A stretch of 36,014 nt of DNA from Phoronis australis (GCA_002633005.1 NMRA01000152.1:665558-701571); one strand, 5' to 3'; counted from the first letter of the stretch, positions 24,501-36,014 are shown. A program made the numbers and translations. Notes: generated by a model not told the origin, from the sequence alone.

Positions 24501-26233
24501 AGTAGAATGACAATTTTAAAAGCACTGGTAACTAATTTAGTTTACTTAAGGAAGACTGTAATTTTGTGTACAATTTTATTATTTAGCCATTTTTACCTAC
24601 TTCAGAGCATTTAGCTCGATCTATAGTTTTGCACCAAGGCGAGCTAGAGGGTAAAGTTGGTAGATCAACTATGACTTTGCATGCACCTCCCACGGTTGTG
24701 AACAAGTTTCATAAGTGTTCAAAGTCATTATATAAATTCTACATGCATTATTTCCTAGCTGGAAGATGGGTGACCTCCCTGTAAGCCTGTAACCCTCTGT
24801 ATGTTAAAATTTGACCTCGCACACATTGAGTGTAATGGAGTTGCGTCCTCAATTTCGTTGACATAATGAACGGTTATTTAGAAAAAAATGTTGATTGCGA
24901 TTTTATAATATGTTCAAGCATTTCAAGCTGGAAGGATTAAATAAAGATTTCAACTGGAAGATATTTTTGGATCTATAAACAGTCGTATTCGGTTATATTA
25001 TGCTTCTCTTTACCTTTCCATAGCAATGATAAATGAAATTGTTGGCTATTTTGTGCTCCCAGATTTTGGCCTAATGATATCATGCACTGGTATAAGTCAT
25101 CCTGAATGGCCACCAATGAGCAATGTGAATGTTTATATGGGGTAATAGCTGGATAGGTTGGTCCCGCATTTAAAAGTGATTTGAGACCTAGTTACTTCCA
25201 CTGGACATGACCACATATCCCCTCGCACGAGCAATGTAAAAATGGCCAGTTACCCATTTGGGCAACGGAAGGAAAGACTGTCTGAAAAAAGTTAGATTAC
25301 ATGAGTATTTGTTTGAGCTGGAAGGAATTAAAGACATCAATGACATCCTTAGGTTCCTCTATGCACAAAAGATACCTATAGCAAAGTGACTTTTATGGTT
25401 TAATCAGTGTGAGGCATGATTTGCCAAAAAGTTTCCGGCGTACGGAGGGCCTCTGGGATAGCCGACTCTACTGCCAGTTGAGAAAGTGGTACTGTCTAGG
25501 ACTGGTGCCAGTCGGATATAATGAACCCTGATTTAGAGAACCAGTTTCATCCACTAAATAACAGGGCCATTATTCAGTGATTTCCTGGTTCTCGAAATCA
25601 GGTTCAATTATATCCAACTGTAGCCATATAGGACTATAGGAGTTGGGAGTAGGACCCATCTACCTGACTATTACAAGTATATGGTTTAAATGCTCACCAC
25701 TAAATGAAAAATACAAATGACAGAGCAAAAAGCGAACAGTAAAATGTTGAATCATCAAGTGCATAAGTGCTTTTGAAGGATTTGACTTCCGTACAGCTTG
25801 AGTTATGGACTTATGAGACTTTAATATTCGCAGCATCATTTCTGCAGAAAAAAAATATTCATGTGATTGTGCATTTGATGTACAATGCGGATGTGATATG
25901 CATGACACTAAATCCTACACTCTCTACGTACAGTCTTCCAACCCTGTTTGAATTCAGGTTGGTATACACTCACTACTCATATCTACGTGAAGCTAGCTGG
26001 TTGGCGGTGTCTGATCTCTGTATCAGTGATAGTAGATCAAAATCGTCACCATTTCAACAGAACGTTTTCTAAATCCTTCAAGCAAGTAACAAAAAATACA
26101 CGCCAAACGAAAAAATTGAGTCTATTGAACACCGTGCATTTACGCATCGACTAGAAAAATTCATAAATATGTACAAAACTTACGGTCTCTTGTGGTCGCC
26201 TGTATACAAATGATCGCTTCGACCTTCTGCCAT
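15591..26233 (-). CDS. DNTTIP1: Deoxynucleotidyltransferase terminal-interacting protein 1 (TdIF1; MiDAC HDAC complex subunit)
   Basis: Coding segments 26233-26184, 24250-23757, 23192-23014, 22372-22269, 21864-21759, 21288-21187, 20179-20060, about 20044-19993 (broken by N at 20045), 19572-19514, 18556-18496, 18036-17912, 16963-16795, 16198-16103, 15770-15591; phases are consistent. Dimerisation region SLDLLRQNIQKVINKEIHTIIQKY...VCRQVLEEAK and DNA-binding region EPIRKEGPKWNPDRL...FVMGARANKALGLGATRGRLYIKHPELFKYSGDQDDKQWL...ATGGKAYMLIVEDIRELA closely match DNTTIP1 as I recall it. Confidence 0.95.
16927..17755. repeat. 92-bp tandem array (about 4 units) containing a DNTTIP1 splice acceptor and exon start
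   Basis: GGTGTCTAGTTGGTC..TAAGCC..GGTTATTC(C/A)TGAAT units start at 16927, 17019, 17111 (split by a transposon) and about 17707. Confidence 0.85.
17135..17630. mobile_element. 496-bp non-autonomous DNA transposon (hAT-like) inserted in a tandem array
   Basis: Inverted ends CAAGGGTTGGA / TCCAAGCCTTG (10 of 11), direct repeat ATTAAA on both sides, subterminal GCGGAAAT repeats; it interrupts one unit of the 92-bp array. Confidence 0.8.
21086..21213. repeat. 43-bp tandem triplication of a DNTTIP1 exon end plus splice donor
   Basis: TAGG(T/C)AAAGACTCACCTCCTCAAGGACCTGTCTACACACAGCA at 21086, 21129 and 21172. Confidence 0.95.
21320..21394. repeat. Intronic tandem duplication with 43-bp period
   Basis: AAAAACAAGTGTTTGAAAAGAAATTATTCAAG at 21320 and 21363. 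Confidence 0.9.
23443..23475. repeat. GA/GGA microsatellite
   Basis: Polypurine run gagagaggagggagggagagagagagagaga. Confidence 0.8.
25509..25620. repeat. 112-bp hairpin-forming inverted repeat (MITE-like) in DNTTIP1 intron 1
   Basis: cagtcggatataatgaaccctgatttagagaaccag pairs with ctggttctcgaaatcaggttcaattatatccaactg. Confidence 0.75.
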
Positions 26234-26398
26234 TTTTGCGTATAACGCATGCGCAATGTTTACTTCCGTCCTAAAGTTACCTTCTTTATTGAAGAAACCT
26301 CGCTGGGACAATGGTCACTGCTGAAAAGTCTCCTGTGAAAACCGAATTATGCACTAACAAATACCGTGTGCTATGCAGTTTGTGAGATAAAACTGGCA
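26229..26398. promoter_or_regulatory. Bidirectional promoter shared by DNTTIP1 and RNF25
   Basis: Divergent ATGs at 26233 (-) and 26399 (+). NRF1-type CGCATGCGCA at 26246-26255, ETS/GABP-type ACTTCCG at 26262-26268 and YY1-type GCCATTTT at 26229-26236. Confidence 0.75.
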
Positions 26399-29300
26399 AT
26401 GGCATCTGTTGGAGATGATGAAGATTCACATTTGAGGTTAATGTGATTGAAAATCGGTTTGAAATTGGTTCACAATGTCAATGTCGAAATTCTAATTGGA
26501 GGGTTGAAATTGAGTACCACGTTGCCCACAGAGGGCAGTGCCTATACTACCAGCCGTCAGCGGCAGCAGCCTGGGGCACGTTGCACAAGACCAGTTTCTG
26601 CAATTCATTCCGAAATGTCTTGTGTTCACAATAATTTTAACCGCACAGGCCATTGGTATCTTGTTACAATCTCGTGTAGTCTTGTGCTCATGGGCTAGAC
26701 AAAACAACATGTGACAATTTGTGACATTCTGGAATCATTAATATTGCTGATAAGGACAAATAATTATAAGTGGTTCTATTTCCTGATTACAAGGTCAAGG
26801 TTTAACTATGTCTCTGACGGTGCTGCACAGGGATATACATATGACAAGACAAGAAAATGGTTGCCAGGACCCAGTTTCAATGAATAAGCTAATGGCCATT
26901 ATTCACTGAAAACTGGTTTTCATTTGCCATTTTGAAGAGGGCCCAGTCATCTATTCGATTTTTCCCCGAAAACCATTGCTTAACTTGTTTCGATTCATGT
27001 TTTGGGTGGAACTCTTTGTGTTGTTTCAAATGGCCAGTTAATATACCTAATTACGCATCATAAAACCACTGACTGAATAACTTCTGTGATGGCTTAGCCC
27101 TGAAGAACTGGATAAACTTTGGGTTTGAATTTAGCAACTTTGACTTGACCTTATTAGTTCTTCAACACTATAAACTAGTTTGTCTATCATTTTTTTATTT
27201 CCCACGCGGGTGCATGTTATTGCTGTAATATCTGGCTTGTAACATCTGTTCTAGTCTGCAACTTAATTTCCCAGATCTGTTCCATGAACTTAGGAAATGT
27301 GTGTTTATTCAACATCATTGTGTGTTTATGCAACATCAATGTGTGTTTATGCAACATCAATGTGTGTTCATGCAACCTCAATGTGTGTTTATGCAACATC
27401 AATGCTCAAAGCTAATTCCCTAAGGGTTAAGTCCTGTATTTTTGAGAAGTGTTTGATCAGAACATTGTCAATGTCGATGATATGATGACTGTTCACAGAA
27501 CTTGTTAGGACAAAGAAAATAATTTGTTTGGCCAAAGAAAAAAGTTTGTTAGGCCAAAGAAAATTGCTTGTTTCAGGTCTACACACAACTCATTTCCAGG
27601 GCTTGAAATTTTCCCCTCTAAGAGAATTTCCTCTTTTTTGGTTTCGATTTCCTCTTATTTGATTTCCGGTTTCCTCTTTTTTCTCTTTTTTATCATTATT
27701 TTGACTTAATTCATGCAAAAACATTTATTTCAGTTAAATTTTAGAAGCAAAAATCATTTCTATCTCACAAGTCTATTTGTGGACTGATACATCACCTGTA
27801 AAATAATTTTCCTCTCTTTTGTCATTGGTCATTCCAAGCCCTGCATTTTGAAACTTTGTGCTTACTGTTTAAATCACTTGCTGGCATCATTTTTATAGAT
27901 GCTCTTTTTTCAAAAGTTGTACTAACACATCTCACGTATTTTTTAACAAAATTGGTGGCTAAGTAAACATTAACATTTCTGTTGTAGTGGTTTGAAAGAA
28001 GAACTAGAGGTGCTGGAGTCAATTTACTTGGATGAGTTGGTCATAGACAAGCAAGATACTAGGTACTTGGAGATAAAGGACGTCGGTGGCCTGTTTTTCA
28101 GAAGTCATTTGCACAATCACAACTAGAACTTGCATTATCTCATTTTTAACTGATACACAGTTTACTGAATTGGTTTGTGAAGAAGGGTTTTAGTATGAAT
28201 ACAGCCTGCAATGAAATTTATGTTTTACTTTCAATGCTTCGTTTTAACAAAAAACAGCATTGCATTCGCAATGACGGGTTGAGAGTGCTGGAGTTCCGCC
28301 GGGCATATGACTTTTGGTAAAATGGGCCTGCTACATAAGCCTGTTGAGACTAGCATTGTTGAATCACCAAGATCCAATGAAAAGAATTTGGTTAAGATCA
28401 CCGTAAACTTCAATATGTCTCTTTGATTTTTCTTGGCAATTTTTTTCTGTCGAACACCACTCACTTATTAACCTGAGACTGTTGTCATCTGTTAGGTGTT
28501 CAGTGGCAGTATTTCATTCGCAGTCTCTAAAACATCCTAGACATCTAAGTCATTTTTGTCGCTATTTTGGTGTCACTGCGCACTAACATTGGACTGGAAA
28601 TGCACCCTTTTTGCATAATTACTTTTACTGTTGTCTTGTGAAGGAAAACTACCCAGGACATTATGACTAGAGTGTAAGAAAACATTGGATCCTAATACAG
28701 CATTCAAATAACATACAATCAGCAGGCAGCTTGAACGTCTGATCCAACAAAAGTTGTAATGTTACTTGCTGGTCCGATGTTTGATTTCCTTCTTAACCTC
28801 TGACCCTAAATCAGATGTCAAATCAGTCCTCTTACTTTGAGAACTCAACGTTCACGTGATTGGCCAGAATTATCAGCATTTTGCATAGGGTAAAGTTTCC
28901 TCAAATTCGAACAACATTAATGGTCAAAACTGTCATTTCCGTTTTTCAAACGCTCACGGTATTTCCAAAAATGATTAGAGTTTATTTTCGTTTATTGATG
29001 GCAGCTGTGCTGTGTCAAGTTTTGAAACAATGATTTCGGAAGCAAAATGGTCTTATCGTTTACTCTTAGTGAAAATTTTGTTAAAATGAAATTTCATTAT
29101 TCCGCCATAGTGCTTGTTTGAAGAAACCTTACTGTGATGCTAGTTCCTTGTAAGACAACAGGTACTGGTAGGACTCCTTTGTGAAGATGTGTTTGCATGC
29201 TCCTAACTATTCCAATGCATAGCAGGAAGTAAGTGATATTGCTTTTTGAACATCATCTACGCTATACAAGGTGCAGTTGTATTCAATAACAACTTGTAAA

Positions 29301-32300
29301 GATGAAAACAAAAGTCTGCTCCTAGATGACCTTTGCACTAATGACGTACCTTGGGGGCTCACATAGCCAGCATAGCCAGCGTCATGCAGTGTTATTTCCC
29401 AACACCACGTCACGATAGTTAGTGGATATGGTCGAGTGATTTTCGGCAGGTCATTTTCGACCCAAAACTCATTCTTAAAAACATTTAGCAATTCTTATTA
29501 AAGTTACACATCCTTATGCTATATATGCAAAGTCATTAATCTAAAATTAGTATTTCTACCAATGGTGTGTTCTCACGGTCATTCCTCATTCCAGCAGTGA
29601 TTTCCCAGAAACGGTCAGCCTGGATGTCCATCCAGCCACTGCTGACAACACTGAACAGCAGTATGTCAGGGCAACTCTACTCATCAAACTCACATCTCAG
29701 GTGTGTAATGTTTCCAGTGTCCTGACTATGAATTCTCAAATGCGTTACCATAAACCTTAATATTTTCGTGTCATTTATGTCTAATAATTAAGAGATCTGA
29801 TCTTTACCTGTTGAACACTCAACGTGGCGTGCTGGTGAATCTTTATTTTGTCGAATTTCTGAAGAAAAATAAATATTGAGAAAATAATAGTTAGCTTGGT
29901 TTGTAGTAAGATGAAACAACGTTTAGTAAAATTTACAGCATTTTCATTAAAAATAATCAGTCTTTGAAACGTAGAAAAATAGCAGTTTTGATGATTATCA
30001 TTTTGTGAAATAAGTGGAGAGTTGTTGTAATTTAATATTTTAATTTTGTAAGTTATGTTTCATCTGCATCTGCAGTTATTCGTTTTTGTTATTGGTTCAG
30101 ATTCCCTTTGTTTATACATGTAGTACCCCGATACAGTGCCAGAAATTATCATACAGAACCCCAGGGGATTGGCTTGTGAAGAATTAGACAGGTATGTTCC
30201 GAAAATGCACATACAGTATCTTTTTACAGTTAAGTCAGTGATACTTTTCGCGTTTTAAAATTAACTCCTTCATAATTCACCATTTTTTATTCGAAATCAG
30301 ATTCCTTGTAATATTGCTCCAGCATTGTTTGTTTCAGTATAAAATGACGTGTGCTGTGCTTGTAGTCTTCCAATTACCTTCAACATTCTTGAATAGGAAA
30401 ATGTTTATAATATGACTGAGAAACACTCACTGTCGTCTGCTGTGTTTCGATCTGTGCTCGTCCTTGGCTCTTAAAACATGATTAACTTCTTGATATTCCT
30501 ATGACAAAATTCCAGAATTACCTCCAGTTTGCGAGACCTGGCAAGGCAGTTAAGAGGTGGCCCCATGCTGTATGAGCTCATTGAGGTACAAACAGAGTGC
30601 TTGTAAGATTTGCATCAGCTTATGATTTTGTTCGTTGGATCAGAGAAAAGTCAAACAGTTATAGCTGGTGTATTGTAAAAGAAAATGATAGAATGCTTTT
30701 AAGATAGGCATCACCTTGTGATTTTGTGCATTGGATCAGAGAAAAGTCAAACAGTTAAAGCTGCTGTATTGTAAAAGAAAGATGATGTTTGACATGCATC
30801 ACTGTTATTGTGTAGTCTGTTTTTAACTCTTATTAGGTATGGCTTCACTATCTGTCTTTAAAATGAACCATTTTTCACAAAGAAACTCGTAAATGTTGCC
30901 TGTGACGTATTAGCTTTATTTTTCATTTATCCATGTTTGATACGAGTAGTTCCGACTATACACAATTCTAAAACCTCAGAAGATTCAAATTACTGAATGT
31001 CATTTCTGAATTGGCCTGGCAATAATCATTACATTTGTATAATTTATGTTTTTGATGCATTTAATTATTTAATTCCATTAGAGAATTTTAATTAATATTT
31101 TTATGATGTTTAGCAACTGAAAGAACATCTCACTGAGGGTAACGTGCCTCATGGCTCATGCGTTATATGCCTGGAGTGTTTCCATGACGGCGAGCGGTAC
31201 ACAAAAACAACCTGTTACCACCATTTCCACCAGTCCTGTCTCTCACGTTATGTCAAGCACTGTGTTAAAGAGTACAGGGAAATGGTTGAGGGAACCAGTG
31301 CTCATTTGCGACATCCTGGACAAGATGCTAAGGTACACAATGAATTGAAGGAAATAGTAAAATTGCTCTGGTGATCAAATACTTTTGCTTCATTAGCGCA
31401 AATTAAAAAAGGGTTGTTTTTGATGTTATTATGCTGTACTTTGTTTCTTCATGGTGAACGTTTTGGTTAACTCACTGTGGAGTTAAATTCACAAGCTTGG
31501 AAATCGAGAGTTGTGTGCTTAGCCAGTCACGGTCACTTAAATTGAAAATTTCAAGAAGTTGAGGGTGATTACTTAATCTGAGCCAGACTGTCACCCTGGC
31601 CACTCGTGGTCTTGAAAATTGAAATCTAGAGACTGAGGTTCAAGAAATTTGCAAGGCTAGTTGCTGACCAGAAAGTTGAGTCAACGCTCTCGTACTCACG
31701 CGTGTATATGCAGTTATTAAGTATGCAACTTGAGAACGAAAATACATATGTAAAAATACCCGTCAAAATTCCAGGACTGACCTGTCATGGTTCTCACCCA
31801 CCTCGCAACAGCAATGCCTCAAGTGGCCAAAACTATCGTTTGCATATTAACTTTTGAGGTGATATTTGTAATCATTGGAGGGCATTTTTTGTCTGAGGAG
31901 ATGGATTTAGCATGTTAAATGTTTTTCACAACGCAATTGGGATAATTTTTAATCCTAAAGTTGAGGCATCGAGGGCTCTGCCTGCCATATGAATCCTATC
32001 AAAGTTGTTGAAGATGCTAAGTTAGATAATCTAAACATATGTCGTCGGTGTCCCCATCACACTGTGGTGTACTTTACCGTTTGTGTTTTGAAAGGTGTCG
32101 TTTGTGTTTTGAAGGGTGGCCTCTCTATCCTGAGATTTCACAAAGCCAGTGAGATTGCTCTTGTTTTAAACATTTGACATCAAACACAATGGTCTCAATG
32201 GGGACGTTGGACTTGTAAGTCATTATAAATATCTGATTTCCATTTCCTCAGCCCATATTTTTCATTTGTGCCGCCCCTTTCATCCGGTTTGGGTGTATTG

Positions 32301-34872
32301 GTCTGTAGTCCACATAGTTTTTTTTTACCTCATCTGATGAAGAGCTTCATACAGTTTCGAAAGCCAGTGATTTTATGTGTTTGATACTTTTGTTGAATAA
32401 AGGTTCATTTTTGCGTTATTCTATAATAGAACTGCTGTCAAATCTAATCCTTTCTTTGCAGATTGGTTGCCCAGTATGCAGAGAACCAGTACAGAACACA
32501 GAATCTTTTCTGGCCGAAAACACAATGGCAGCAGAAGATGACATAAGCTATAAAATTGACCCACAAATCAGGCAGTGGCAGCAAGACGTGGCTGCCATCT
32601 ATAGGAAACAGAAAGAGCAAGGTGGTATCATTGATGTTGAGGAAGAAAGGAACAAATTCCTTATAACTCCGGTATGTAAGTTTTCAGTATGATTTTTCTC
32701 TAGACACGGAATTGTTCTGCATCTGTTTGCATGTAGTCTTATGAGAACAAGCTCGGGACAAAGAACTAGGGTCAACAATTAACAGTCAGCTGGTTAAACA
32801 CCCAAAAATAGAATGTAAAAATAACCCCAGCTCAATGTTATAGTTATCAGGGATATTCCTGGACTGCACCTTTTGCTCCATTAGCGCATGAAAAATAAAA
32901 AGGCACAAGTTGATACAATGCACCCTCTCAGGCACATCTTTTAAAACGCAACACTTCCAAAAATGCAAGGTTCTAGTCAACTTACAGCCAGTGTTTTCTT
33001 ATTCCGCCACAGCTGAACAGTCTGTTTGAAGTCTTTCATCAGATTGCCTTGTGCAACTTTTACACAAATATGGCTCTGTTCTTATTTCAATAGCCCGTTT
33101 CTGTTTCATATGTCATCACTTTGACTGTACACTAAATCTGCTGGGAGCAAGTTTTTGAAAAAAGGCATGCCTTTTATCATCAGGTGTGCCCCAAGGGCGT
33201 AGGTTCAAACCTGATCAGGAATATCCCGGAGTTACGTATAGTCTGAAATTGATCAAAGATTACGATGAAAATGAAAGTGAGTTTCACTCCACCTACACAC
33301 ATGTACATATATTGGCATGGGTTATCGTCGTTTAGTTCAACACCTGTTGCCGTATCTTCACTACCTCTTGCTTCATAATGTGCACGTAACTTTGCAGATG
33401 TGTTTCTGTAATGGCTGGGACAGTTCACTCAAATTTTGGGATGAATTCGACTACTGCTGTGCTCCCAAGTAGCTATTATAGTTTTATTTGCAACCGTCTA
33501 CTAAGTTGTGTGGCTGATAGCATATAGGTTTCCAGAATGTACAGATTTCACTTTTTCGGCTCTCCTTAGTGTTCATTCTTATGTACCCACATGTGCATAT
33601 GCATGGGTGACTGTGTATATTAACATCATCTCTGTGATCTCCTAGACTTCCTGAAGGATCTTATTGAGATGTGGGAGATGTGTTCCTATGACACTAATGA
33701 CAAACTACAATGAATTTTTCACCAATCTGACTTCTGTCTGTTTTAATATGTGCAAATTTTTCAATCTGTCTTCGTGATGTTTGACATGGTGTTCCTAATG
33801 AGGAGAGCATTGCTGCTGTTGTAGAAAGTACTCGGAAAATTGTTGTTTCTTGTTACTTTCTTGTTGCCATGATAGATGTCATTTAGTTTAATTTTGTTCT
33901 GTCATTCAATTGTTAATTGCTTGATGTTACTAGTACTTTTTACAGGGCATGACAATTGGACTTCCTCAGTCAATGTCTTCCAACTTACCAGTTGATAATG
34001 AGGCCCAAAGGTCATCGAAGAATAAAGAAGTCAGCTCTGCAGAGGAACATTCGGTGCATAAGTCTTCAAGGCAGAGTTATCAGAGAAGGAAGTGGGGTGA
34101 TAGAAAACACAGTAATATGTCGCGAAACAAGAATTTCGATCATGCAGGTGACAACTGGCGTAGGCCAACTTCTGGAAGGCTGCGTGATAGAAACCAAGTG
34201 CACTGCAGCAGATCACCTGGCAATAGTAATAGGGTGGTTGGATGTGAAAATATGAGTGGTGTAGATACTAAACAGTGCAGTACCGCTATCAGTGACACGA
34301 CTTCAAACAACACTGTGGTTGGACCAGGCAGTGTTGATATATCCGTAAGTCATAAAAGCCAGAGTGGGTCACACCACCAGCAGCATGTGAGGCGGCCACG
34401 CTCCAGTAAACCAGTGAAAGACATTTATAATTCAGAAAAAATCCCTGGTCCTTCAAACAGGCCTGTTGCTAAACACAAATCACATTATCATAACTCACCG
34501 AGATCAAAAGTGAACACCAAAACTACTGGCCATAGAGACAAGGAAGATCAGCAAATAGGCTGTGCCAGGACAGACATCTCTTGTGCTAAAGAAAATGAGA
34601 AGAGGACTGTTAGTGATTCTACCTCCCAAAGGGTGACTTTAGACAAGGAAGTAAAAGAAGGTGCCAGCAATACTGTGATAGTTAAACATAGGTCTCAAGA
34701 GTATGAAGCCAGCAGAAGGGGTAAGTCACGGCCATATTCAGGCAGAGGGCGTGCTAAACGAGCCCCTCACCATGGTACTTCAAACCGAATGGCAGCGAAA
34801 GCCGAAAGCATGCGTCCATCGGCGAATGTGAGTTCGCTCACGGCATCTGTGCAATCTACTTCTCTTGACTAG
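26399..34872 (+). CDS. RNF25: E3 ubiquitin-protein ligase RNF25 (RWD + RING-H2, long basic low-complexity C-terminus), about 570 aa
   Basis: Exons 26399-26436, 27988-28062, 29595-29700, 30124-30191, 30516-30585, 31114-31332, 32462-32671, 33946-34872; all GT-AG and phase-consistent. Motifs ELEVLESIYLDEL, HPATAD..QYV, YPDTVPEIIIQNPRGL, MLYELIE, PHGSCVICL..TKTTCYHHFHQSCLSRY..CPVCRE and QKEQGGIIDVEEERNKFLI match RNF25. Confidence 0.95.
27296..27404. repeat. 21-bp minisatellite, about 5 copies, in RNF25 intron 1
   Basis: Unit AATGTGTGTTTATGCAACATC. Confidence 0.95.
30612..30802. repeat. 96-bp tandem duplication in RNF25 intron 5
   Basis: TTGGATCAGAGAAAAGTCAAACAGTT..GTATTGTAAAAGAAA at 30635 and 30731. 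Confidence 0.85.
32050..32410 (+). mobile_element. Decayed 3' end of a Penelope-like retroelement (GIY-YIG C-terminus, hammerhead-like motif, AATAAA)
   Basis: Frameshifted translation PHHTVVYFTVCVLKG..GLSILRFHKASEIALVL/TFDIKHNGLNGDVGLVSHY resembles the PLE endonuclease tail (H...V.VLKG...E..LI..FDT...GLN.D.G). It is followed by CTGATGAagagc..cGAAAgc (32334-32364) and AATAAA (32396-32401). Confidence 0.65.
32330..32370 (+). ncRNA. Degenerate minimal hammerhead ribozyme-like motif
   Basis: tcat-CTGATGA-agagcttcatacagtttc-GAAA-gcca-gtga. Stem I is tcat/gtga, stem II is imperfect, and the expected AGCT palindrome reads AGCC. Confidence 0.45.
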
Positions 34873-35699
34873 TTATTGTGAACAATGCCTTGTTTTATTT
34901 GTGGTTGGTTCTTAATGTCAATTTTTGCCAGTTTTCTCTGGGTGTTAGTGTACTGCAAACGTTTTATGGTTAAAATATTAGAATATGCTTTCACAAACAC
35001 ATTTTGTGAGTGCATGTAATCAACATCTTGTCTCGTTTGCCTGTGCATTCATCTGTCTAATTACTGTTACACTAACTCATTTGTAGGTTGATTCACAACG
35101 ACAGCTAGCAAATCACTGAGTTTTTCAGCTTGTTCTGAAACCCGTTATTTTCTTGCTTTCACAAAACGTATTTTGTGAGTGCAGTCTCCTTGACTTGGTC
35201 TGTCTTTCCGTCTTGTTGTCATTATGCGTCTCCTTTTTTGTTACACCGCAGGGAGTCCTCTAGCGACTGTCCTGGCTGTGCGAAAAAGCTTCGTCTTAAA
35301 CGATAGCTATGGCATTGCAAGCAGGAATACCTTGAGAAAGAATCCTTTGCTTCTTATGTACACATCTGTAATGGCTGATATGCAGTTCCAACATTTTGAA
35401 AGACATGCCATCTAGTGACACGGTGCATCTTGGGATAGACCAGAGTAACCACTTTGCATTGTCCCGGATGTTAATGGTGTCTTAAAGTTATAAACTTTGA
35501 CCAAATGATACAACAGCATGTTTGTCTTGTGTCTTGTTTGATACTACGGCTGCAGTTTTACGTAATGTTTGTTTGGAACATCTTACAAACCGGTTTGTCA
35601 TTGTCTGAAATGCCTTTCCATACTTTCAAACACAAAGTACTTCCCTACTTTCGACCATTTCTGCTGAGTGATTACCATTTTAGCTGCCACTAAACAGTT

Positions 35700-36014
35700 A
35701 AGCTATGGTCACAACGCGCCGTGCGTGTTTATTGTTCGTACGTTTTCTGCGGACGCCACTGGCACCACGTTTTTCTGAAAACGTGAGTAGGGAGTGGCAA
35801 GCGCAGGGAGGACGTACGTCAACGCACGTCACCCGTAAGGTGTAAGTGCGTGACACGTACGGCACGCCTGGCCGTGGGCGGCAGCTTTCAGCATACGTTG
35901 CGCACGTGGTAAGTGAGTTGTGCGTGCGTGTATCGTGCTTACCACGTACAATCTCCGTGCGATTGCCACGTTGTCGTACGGAGGCCGTACGTACACATGC
36001 AGCTGACGCACGCT
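35700..36014. mobile_element. CpG-dense segment, probably the start of a DNA transposon or MITE running off the window
   Basis: Abrupt shift after ttaa-gctatggtcacaac to dense ACGT/CGTACG/GCACG motifs; no second terminus visible. Confidence 0.35.

Noticed and set aside
27217-27485. ORFs with HKHTLML / CVYATSM repeats
   Set aside because: Translations of the 21-bp intronic minisatellite.
33180-33220. tRNA-like B box (ggttcaaacc)
   Set aside because: No convincing A box or cloverleaf.

Overview
AT-rich, intron-rich animal genomic DNA, not prokaryotic. The repeat content and gene style suggest a marine invertebrate, but the taxon cannot be fixed from sequence alone. Three spliced genes can be assembled by hand with phase-consistent GT-AG junctions: (1) a secreted CAP/SCP-domain plus EGF-like protein on the minus strand (ATG 7681, at least 6 exons to 718, 3' end unresolved); (2) DNTTIP1/TdIF1 on the minus strand (26233 to 15591); (3) RNF25, an RWD plus RING-H2 E3 ligase, on the plus strand (26399-34872). 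DNTTIP1 and RNF25 are head-to-head with only 165 bp between start codons. Introns and intergenic DNA hold several MITE families, minisatellites, a tRNA-derived head and decayed Penelope-like element relics. Two minimal hammerhead-like motifs lie sense to their host introns. The most unusual features are tandem duplications copying DNTTIP1 splice sites: a triplicated donor, and a four-copy acceptor array where the extra copies carry AG>AT changes or a transposon insertion. Most ORF-track entries are spurious. I found no convincing wholly new multi-gene system; findings are hypotheses from manual reading only.
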